Part shown: one piece after another, positions 58,020-64,000 of the stretch
How positions within the stretch are numbered: position 1 is the first letter of the stretch
Layout of the letters: each line of letters opens with the position of its first letter
Assembly: GCA_020635855.1 (NCBI GenBank)
Contig: JACJYZ010000004.1
Span: forward strand, 361,628-425,627
Reading direction: 5' to 3'
DNA: 64,000 bases
DNA from: Flavobacteriales bacterium
GTDB lineage: Bacteria; Bacteroidota; Bacteroidia; JACJYZ01
Program-made: the position numbers and the translations under genes
Notes under the pieces: generated by a model
What the model was told of the DNA's origin: nothing
What the model saw: only the letters and a program-made list of their open reading frames with translations
Databases searched by the model: none

Positions 58020-59034
58020 AAAGAAATCCATTCTTCTGATTTACACCGGCGGTACCATTGGCATGGTTCAGGATACACAGAGCGGGAGCCTCCGGCCGTT
58101 CGACTTTACACACCTGACCCAGCAAATACCTGAGCTGACCCGGTTCGATCTTGCCTTTTCAAGTCACTCGTTCGCACAACCGATGGACTCATCCAACATG
58201 ACCCCGGAGGTATGGATCAAACTTGCGCAGATCATTGAAGAGCAATACGACCGCCACGACGGATTTGTGATCCTGCATGGTTCAGATACCATGGCCTACA
58301 CCGCATCTGCCCTAAGCTTCCTGTTGGAGAACCTTGCCAAGCCGGTGATCCTGACCGGCAGTCAGCTGCCCATCGGCATCATCCGCACCGATGCAAGGGA
58401 GAACCTGATCACCGCCATTGAGATTGCTTCCTCGGAAACCCCTTTGGTGCCTGAGGTGTGCATCTATTTTGAATACCACCTGTATAGGGGAAACCGGACC
58501 AGCAAGATCAACGCGGAAGAGTTTGCCGCCTTTCATTCGTTCAACCATCCGCCGTTGGCCAGCGCCGGTGTTCACCTGAAATTCCATGAGGGCCAAATTG
58601 CAAAATGGAACGGGAAACCACTGCAGGTTCATCGCGCACTGGATCCCTCTGTAGCCATCCTGAAAATATTCCCGGGAATCCAGCCCCAGGTGGTGGATGC
58701 GATGCTTTCAATCCCGGGATTGAAAGGATTGATCTTAGAAACATACGGCGCCGGAAACGCACCTACGGATGCATGGTTGAGTGAAAAACTTGAGGCCGCC
58801 AACAAGCGTGGACTGGTGCTACTGAACATCACCCAATGCCTGGGTGGATCTGTGGAACAAGGCAGGTATGAAACCAGTGTTCAACTTGAGAAAGCAGGTG
58901 TGATCAGCGGCAAAGACATGACCACGGAAGCAGCCATTGCCAAGTTGATGTTTCTGCTCGCACAACAGCACGATACAGTTGAAATAAAACGGTTGCTTAC
59001 CGTACCGTTGTGCGGTGAAATGCACGGGGAATAA
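58012..59034 (+). CDS. ansA: Type I L-asparaginase
   Basis: The IYTGGTIGM (TGGTIG) motif and HGSDTMAYTASAL. 340 aa. 8-nt overlap with tatD. Confidence 0.9.
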   Translation: MSKKKSILLIYTGGTIGMVQDTQSGSLRPFDFTHLTQQIPELTRFDLAFSSHSFAQPMDSSNMTPEVWIKLAQIIEEQYDRHDGFVILHGSDTMAYTASALSFLLENLAKPVILTGSQLPIGIIRTDARENLITAIEIASSETPLVPEVCIYFEYHLYRGNRTSKINAEEFAAFHSFNHPPLASAGVHLKFHEGQIAKWNGKPLQVHRALDPSVAILKIFPGIQPQVVDAMLSIPGLKGLILETYGAGNAPTDAWLSEKLEAANKRGLVLLNITQCLGGSVEQGRYETSVQLEKAGVISGKDMTTEAAIAKLMFLLAQQHDTVEIKRLLTVPLCGEMHGE

Positions 59035-59036
59035 CC

Positions 59037-61100
59037 ATGACAAAGGACCGGTCCAAATCACCCGATACAGCTTCACCTCCTCCGGTGGTGCTGACATTCT
59101 GGAAAACACGACCGGCATGGATTCTGTTTGCCATCTCCGTATTGGTTTACATTCAAACGGTTTCTTTCGACTATGCGCTTGACGATAAGCTGTACATTAC
59201 ACACAACCAGTTTACGCAACAAGGCGTGGACGGGATCAAAGACCTTGTCTCAAACGACCTCCTGGTAGGCTTCTTCGGAAAAGACAAAAAACTTTTGTCC
59301 GGTGGCAGGTACCGCCCCATTCCATTGATCACTTTTGCCGTTGAGGTTCAACTGTTCGGCAATGACCCTTCCGTCAGTCATGCCCTTAACCTTATATTAT
59401 ACGGACTCACCTGTTTGCTGCTATACGGTTTGTTGCTGCGGCTTCTTCCATCCCGGCCCGGACAACACCCGATGCTCTCACTGCCTTTCATCGCTACGCT
59501 GCTTTTCTGTTTACACCCCCTGCACACCGAGGTGATTGCCAACATCAAAAGCCGGGACGAGATGATGAGCCTTTTCGGTGCCCTGGGAAGCCTTTGGTTT
59601 GTACTTGAATACCTGGAGAAGCGCAACGGTTTGTCCATGGCTTGGGCCTTCCTGTGCTTTTTCGGCGCGTTGCTTTCCAAAGAATCCACGGTGACCTTCC
59701 TGGCCGCCATCCCTTTCACCCTGATATTTTTCAGAAGCAAGGTGTTGCAGAAGGACGCATCTGACGCAGCATCCCAACAGTTCTCTTTGAAGGAAATCAT
59801 TCTGGCCATGCTGCCGATTTTTGTTGCATTCGGTTGTTACATGGTCATGCGGATGAGTTTGCTGGATGACAATACCGGCGAGGTCACGGAATTGCTGAAC
59901 AACCCTTTTGTAGAAAGCAGTACTTCCGACAAATATGCGACCATCTTTTACACGATGGGGTTGTATATCAAACTGCTCTTCTTCCCACACCCGCTCACCA
60001 ATGATTATTTCCCCCGGCACATCCCCATCATCGGCTGGGGAGATCCGCGGGCTTTTTTATCGTTGATTCTTTATGCGTGGATGATATGGCTTGCTGTTAA
60101 AGGATTTTTCAAGAGGTCGCTCATCTCCTGGTGCATCTTCTTTTTTCTTATTTCCTTCTCTTTGTTTTCCAACCTTGTTTTCCCGATCGGTTCTTTCATG
60201 AATGAGCGTTTCATGTACGTACCTTCCATTGGGTTTTGTGTGGCATTCGGCGATTTGCTGATCCGTGGAGTGAACAGGTGGAAGTCTTCAAAACAGGCTG
60301 TCGAACGAACCCTGGCGTATGCAGTAATCCTGATGTCGTTTGCATTCACCATCAAGACGGTTCACAGGAGCAGGGCATGGAAGAACGACTTCACCCTTGC
60401 GATGACGGATGTGGCCATTTCGCCCAACAGCACCAAGGCCAACATGTCAGCCGGTGCAGCACTCATTGAAAAAGCCAATGCCCTTCCAGAGGGAGACATG
60501 CAAAGGAAAGCCCTGGCCAACCAGGCCATTCCGTACCTGACAAAGGCACTTGACATCTATTCCAACTACAAACAACCTATGTTGCTGTTGGGCAGCGCTT
60601 ATTTTTTGCTGGACAACTATGAGGGCGCTTACCAGGGATATAGCCGGGCTCTTCAGATGGATCCGAATTTCGGAGATGCAAAGCGCAACCTGGAATTCAT
60701 CGCTGATCGGGCAGCATCACAAAAAATTTACAACATCGCAGAAAAGTGCTACCTGACGCTGATCGCCAACGATCCGAATGCGGTTCATATCTATGCAAAA
60801 CTGGGACAGCTGTACGGCCGGGATATGGGTAACATCCCAAAAGCAAAAGAATACCTTGAGAAAGCAACCCAGCTGGATCCGGCTAATACGGATGTGCTGC
60901 AAAAACTCGGAATTGTATATTCTTTAACAGGCGATAATAACAAGGCGCTGGCCACGTTTCTCAAAGCATACGAGCTCAATCCCAAAAACGCCAATGTGCT
61001 GATGAACATCGGCATCACCTACCGCAACATGGGTGACACGGAACAAGGGGATTCGTATCTTCAACGTGCATTTGCACTCGACCCCTCCCTCAGAAAATGA
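59037..61100 (+). CDS. Polytopic membrane protein with C-terminal TPR repeats (GT-C / TMTC-like fold suspected)
   Basis: About 440 aa with roughly 10-11 TM segments, then at least five TPR-like units (AYQGYSRALQMDPNF, KAKEYLEKATQLDPAN, ALATFLKAYELNPKN, GDSYLQRAFALDPS). The start is 2 nt after the ansA stop. Confidence 0.7.
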   Translation: MTKDRSKSPDTASPPPVVLTFWKTRPAWILFAISVLVYIQTVSFDYALDDKLYITHNQFTQQGVDGIKDLVSNDLLVGFFGKDKKLLSGGRYRPIPLITFAVEVQLFGNDPSVSHALNLILYGLTCLLLYGLLLRLLPSRPGQHPMLSLPFIATLLFCLHPLHTEVIANIKSRDEMMSLFGALGSLWFVLEYLEKRNGLSMAWAFLCFFGALLSKESTVTFLAAIPFTLIFFRSKVLQKDASDAASQQFSLKEIILAMLPIFVAFGCYMVMRMSLLDDNTGEVTELLNNPFVESSTSDKYATIFYTMGLYIKLLFFPHPLTNDYFPRHIPIIGWGDPRAFLSLILYAWMIWLAVKGFFKRSLISWCIFFFLISFSLFSNLVFPIGSFMNERFMYVPSIGFCVAFGDLLIRGVNRWKSSKQAVERTLAYAVILMSFAFTIKTVHRSRAWKNDFTLAMTDVAISPNSTKANMSAGAALIEKANALPEGDMQRKALANQAIPYLTKALDIYSNYKQPMLLLGSAYFLLDNYEGAYQGYSRALQMDPNFGDAKRNLEFIADRAASQKIYNIAEKCYLTLIANDPNAVHIYAKLGQLYGRDMGNIPKAKEYLEKATQLDPANTDVLQKLGIVYSLTGDNNKALATFLKAYELNPKNANVLMNIGITYRNMGDTEQGDSYLQRAFALDPSLRK

Positions 61101-61221
61101 TCTTGCATGCAGGCTTGATTAGCCTGTTCACCGCATCAATGCAAGACCCGTTATGTTGGAATGATATTTTTTGTAATTTGGTCGCCCTGTTTAGCTCACC
61201 TGTGCATCAGGCGATGCTCGG

Positions 61222-61308
61222 GGAGAGGTGGCCGAGTGGTTTATGGCGCACGCCTGGAAAGCGTGTTTCCCGGAAACGGGATCGGGGGTTCGAATCCCCC
61301 TCTCTCCG
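61222..61308 (+). tRNA. tRNA-Ser (anticodon GGA)
   Basis: Hand-folded cloverleaf. Acceptor GGAGAGG / UCUCUCC (one G-U pair). Anticodon stem CACGC/GCGUG with loop CUGGAAA. Long variable arm (CCCGGAAACGGG). T-arm GGGGG-UUCGAAU-CCCCC. Discriminator G. CCA is not encoded. Confidence 0.9.
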
Positions 61309-61490
61309 CAGGATTTAAAGACAGTCGCATCACTGTCCGGACCAATAGTTTAAGGGAAGTATCCGGTGGCCGCATCCAGTGGCTTCCCAAATTGATAACC
61401 GTATTTGTTAGCTTAAGTTTCAAAAATTCCTCTATTTTTGGCTCGCCAAAATGCATTTAATCACATCAGAATAACTAACCCTTGTTACCC

Positions 61491-62237
61491 ATGAAAAAGT
61501 TGTTTGCTCTTGTTTCAACCTTTGGCTTCCTGATGACAGGCCTCCAATCTGTGGCGATGGCCGAAGAAGCTGCAACTGCTGCAGAACCTGCTGCTGCTCC
61601 TGCACAGTCTTTTCATCAGATCATCCTTGAAAAGTTCGTTGATGGCGGTCCCGCATTCATGGGCATCGTTCTTCTCTGTCTGATCATCGGGCTGGCCCTG
61701 TGTATCGAGCGTATCATTTACCTCAACATGGCCACTTCCAATAACAAGAAACTCCTGAGTGATATTGACGGCGCATTGCAGTCAGGTGGTGTTGAAGCTG
61801 CCATGGAAGTTTGCCGCACCACCCGTGGTCCGGTTGCCAGCATCTTCTACTCAGGTTTGGATAAAGTAAACGAAGGCATCGACACCGTTGAAAAGTCAAT
61901 CGTGGCTTACGGTGCGGTTCAAATGGGTCTTCTCGAGAAAGGTCTTTCCTGGATTTCACTGTTCATCTCACTGGCTCCGATGCTCGGGTTCATGGGTACG
62001 GTAATCGGTATGATCGACGCGTTCGATACCATCCAGGCTTCAGGTGACATTCAGCCCAGCCAGGTGGCCGGCGGTATCAAGATCGCTCTGTTGACCACCG
62101 TATTCGGTCTGATCGTAGCCATGATCCTCCAGGTATTCTACAACTATCTGTTGGCCAAGATCGACTCGCTGGTGAACTCCATGGACGAGTCATCCATCAA
62201 CCTGGTTGATCTCCTGATCCGCTACGGCGTAAAATAA
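61491..62237 (+). CDS. exbB: MotA/TolQ/ExbB proton-channel family protein
   Basis: Start at ATG 61491. The conserved C-terminal segment is LAPMLGFMGTVIGMIDAF......GGIKIALLTTVFGLIVA. Confidence 0.9.
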   Translation: MKKLFALVSTFGFLMTGLQSVAMAEEAATAAEPAAAPAQSFHQIILEKFVDGGPAFMGIVLLCLIIGLALCIERIIYLNMATSNNKKLLSDIDGALQSGGVEAAMEVCRTTRGPVASIFYSGLDKVNEGIDTVEKSIVAYGAVQMGLLEKGLSWISLFISLAPMLGFMGTVIGMIDAFDTIQASGDIQPSQVAGGIKIALLTTVFGLIVAMILQVFYNYLLAKIDSLVNSMDESSINLVDLLIRYGVK

Positions 62238-62293
62238 TTGAACCGGATAACCTGGTAGTGCCGGCATCCCCGGCATTGCGCAAATGAAACGCT

Positions 62294-62740
62294 ATGAATA
62301 GCAAGAATCTCAAATTACTGATCATCATTCCGCTGGTTATTTCGGTGCTGGCTGCCATCTTCACGATCATCATGTTCTACAAGGGTGATGAAACGGTTGC
62401 GTCAGATGCAGGTGCTCAAGCGGTAACCATTGTGCCCCTGTTCTACCTCACCTACTTTGTGCTGGGAATTGCAACCCTGGCCGCATTGGTATTCTTTGTG
62501 GTGCAGATCATCAAAGGAACGGTGGACATGAAGAAGTTGGGTATCGGACTCGGATCTTTCATATTGGTGATCGTCATTTCCTATGTGATGGCATCGGATA
62601 CGGTTCCGGTCAAATTTGCAGAAACCATCAGCAGTTCAACCACCAAGTGGGTGGGTGCGGGACTCATCATGTTCTACCTGCTTTTGGCATTGTCGGTACT
62701 CGGCATCATTTACTCGGAAGTTTCTCGTTTGTTTAAATAA
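62294..62740 (+). CDS. Four-TM membrane protein of unknown function inside the exbB-exbD cluster
   Basis: 148 aa with four clear hydrophobic helices. Lies between exbB and exbD on the same strand. Confidence 0.6.
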   Translation: MNSKNLKLLIIIPLVISVLAAIFTIIMFYKGDETVASDAGAQAVTIVPLFYLTYFVLGIATLAALVFFVVQIIKGTVDMKKLGIGLGSFILVIVISYVMASDTVPVKFAETISSSTTKWVGAGLIMFYLLLALSVLGIIYSEVSRLFK

Positions 62741-62743
62741 GCT

Positions 62744-63352
62744 ATGGCAAGAAGAGCATTACAAGAGATCAACGCGGGTTCGATGGCGGATATCGCCTTC
62801 CTTCTGCTGATCTTCTTTCTGGTGACCACGCAGATGAATGCAGACCAGGGTCTGCTCAGAAAACTTCCACCCAAGGCCGAAGAACAACCGGATGATCCCC
62901 AGATCAAGGTTAAGGAAAGAAACATCTTCGTTGTTCTTGTCAATGCCAACGACCAGCTGCTGGTGGAGGGACAACCCATGGTTGTTTCAAACCTCAGGGA
63001 AAAAACCAAGGAGTTCATTACCCCTCATCCGACCGATGAAACTTTTCCTGAAACACAAGATACCATCCTGAAAGTTCCTGGATTGGGCGAGAAAAGAGTA
63101 ACGCTTACCAAGCAAGTCGTGTCTCTTCAAAACGACAACGCCACGAGCTATGACATGTACATCCAGGTGCAGAATGAGTTGATTGCCGCTTACAACGAGT
63201 TGCGCAACGACCTGGCGATGGAATGGTATGGAAAGCCGTTCAGCAAGCTTACCGAAGCACAGGCTGATCCGATTCAGACCGTTTACCCGCAACGTATTTC
63301 AGAAGCCGAACCCAAGGAAACAGGGGCCGAGGCAGCACCAGCAGCCGAATAA
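62744..63352 (+). CDS. exbD: ExbD/TolR-family biopolymer transport protein (long form)
   Basis: N-terminus EINAGSMADIAFLLLIFFLVTT followed by a periplasmic domain. 202 aa. Confidence 0.85.
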   Translation: MARRALQEINAGSMADIAFLLLIFFLVTTQMNADQGLLRKLPPKAEEQPDDPQIKVKERNIFVVLVNANDQLLVEGQPMVVSNLREKTKEFITPHPTDETFPETQDTILKVPGLGEKRVTLTKQVVSLQNDNATSYDMYIQVQNELIAAYNELRNDLAMEWYGKPFSKLTEAQADPIQTVYPQRISEAEPKETGAEAAPAAE

Positions 63353-63381
63353 TTCAATACTTGATTTAAGAACCCAGCGAT

Positions 63382-63849
63382 ATGTCTCGTTTCAGAAAAA
63401 AGAAAAAGAAAGAAGCAACAGCCATCTCCACCGCTTCACTGCCCGATATCGTATTTATGCTGTTGTTCTTTTTCATGATTGCAACCGTGATCCGCGATAC
63501 CTCCGTGATGGTGGAACAAAAAATGCCCCAGGCCACGGAAATTGAAAAGCTGCAAAAGAAATCGCTTGTCAGTTGTATTTATATCGGCCGACCGAATAGC
63601 GAATACCAGAAGGTGTACGGAACCGAACCCCGCATTCAGCTGAACGACCAATTCGGTGATGTAGCGGACATTCCTGAGTTTATCGCCAAAGAGCGTGAAT
63701 CTAAAATCGAGGCACAAATCCCACAGATGACCACTTCTCTGAAAGTGGATCAGAAAACCAAAATGGGTATTGTGACCAAAGTGAAGCAGCAGCTACGTGA
63801 GGTGAATGCCTTGAAAATCAATTACGCTGCCGTAGAACGCAGAAACTAA
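63382..63849 (+). CDS. exbD: ExbD/TolR-family biopolymer transport protein
   Basis: ISTASLPDIVFMLLFFFMIAT TM segment followed by a periplasmic domain. 155 aa. Confidence 0.85.
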   Translation: MSRFRKKKKKEATAISTASLPDIVFMLLFFFMIATVIRDTSVMVEQKMPQATEIEKLQKKSLVSCIYIGRPNSEYQKVYGTEPRIQLNDQFGDVADIPEFIAKERESKIEAQIPQMTTSLKVDQKTKMGIVTKVKQQLREVNALKINYAAVERRN

Positions 63850-64000
63850 GCCACAATTTCTTTTCGCCGGCCGGCCAACCACCGGACCAGGAAAAACGAG
63901 ATAACCAATGACGCCACGGCGGGTAACCAGCCTGTGGCCAGGTTGTCGTCTTCAATCCAACTTTCCGGAATCACCTCCCTGGCTGCCAGGAAATACAGGC
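63846..64000 (-). CDS. 3' end of a minus-strand ORF running off the window (possible membrane-protein C-terminus)
   Basis: My own translation of the minus strand gives ...LYFLAAREVIPESWIEDDNLATGWLPAVASLVISFFLVRWLAGRRKEIVA*, open to the window edge. The stop overlaps the exbD stop. It is too short to appear in the ORF track. Confidence 0.3.
   Translation of the reverse strand, partial: LYFLAAREVIPESWIEDDNLATGWLPAVASLVISFFLVRWLAGRRKEIVA

Noticed and set aside
61102-61145. Nested hairpin right after the TPR-protein stop codon (outer CTTGCAT/ATGCAAG, inner CAGGCT/AGCCTG)
   Set aside because: The stems are short and no T-tract follows. It may be a weak terminator or attenuator ahead of the tRNA, but nothing makes it stand out.
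61222-61490. tRNA-Ser as an integration hotspot for a genomic island
   Set aside because: There is no integrase and no direct repeat of the tRNA 3' end downstream within the window. The following genes are an ordinary exbB-exbD cluster.
1-64000. Scan of the whole window for CRISPR arrays, IS elements/transposases, integrases, phage genes, toxin-antitoxin pairs or defence-system ATPases/nucleases
   Set aside because: None seen. Every ORF of at least 60 aa not nested in another gene is accounted for by housekeeping, envelope or secreted-protein functions. The only tandem repeats are the in-frame SprB repeats.

Overview
This window reads as a dense, almost entirely housekeeping stretch of a Bacteroidota chromosome. 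The phylum call rests on type A and type B T9SS C-terminal sorting domains, SprB-type repeats, TAnnTTTG -7 promoter boxes and almost no Shine-Dalgarno sequences. I made no database searches, so every call comes from motifs I recognise in the supplied translations and from gene order.

Gene content, left to right:
- 1-10.1 kb: a tightly coupled dcw division/cell-wall operon (mraY partial, murD, an extra small ORF, ftsW, murG, murC, ftsQ, ftsA, ftsZ), followed by yqeY.
- 10.3-19.7 kb: dxs, then a minus-strand block of pepA, pdxA, yceD, rpmF, plsX, fabH, accB and accC.
- 19.8-29.0 kb: an MqnC/MqnE-family radical SAM gene, ribE and metF, plus two large T9SS type-B cargo adhesins. One adhesin carries 7 SprB-type repeats.
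- 29.1-43.7 kb: lepA; an ECF sigma / anti-sigma / beta-barrel trio; an acyl-CoA carboxyltransferase; purD and purQ; nadD, gmk and yicC; an EamA transporter; a trans-sulfuration PLP enzyme coupled to an RCK (TrkA-like) protein.
- 43.8-64.0 kb: an M43 metalloprotease with a type-A T9SS tail, two unknown secreted proteins, polA, an M28/glutaminyl-cyclase-like lipoprotein, cysS, several small enzymes, tatD-ansA coupled to a membrane/TPR protein, tRNA-Ser(GGA), and an exbB-exbD-exbD cluster.

I saw no CRISPR array, IS element, integrase, prophage or obvious defence island. The most unusual item is an intact stand-alone paralog of the MurD C-terminal domain wedged between murD and ftsW. The other observations are modest:
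- an N-terminal module shared by the two adhesins;
- -7 promoter boxes that abut start codons;
- a REP-like palindrome after lepA;
- A|Q signal-peptide junctions together with a cyclase-like gene.

I do not see convincing evidence for a larger novel multi-gene system in this window.
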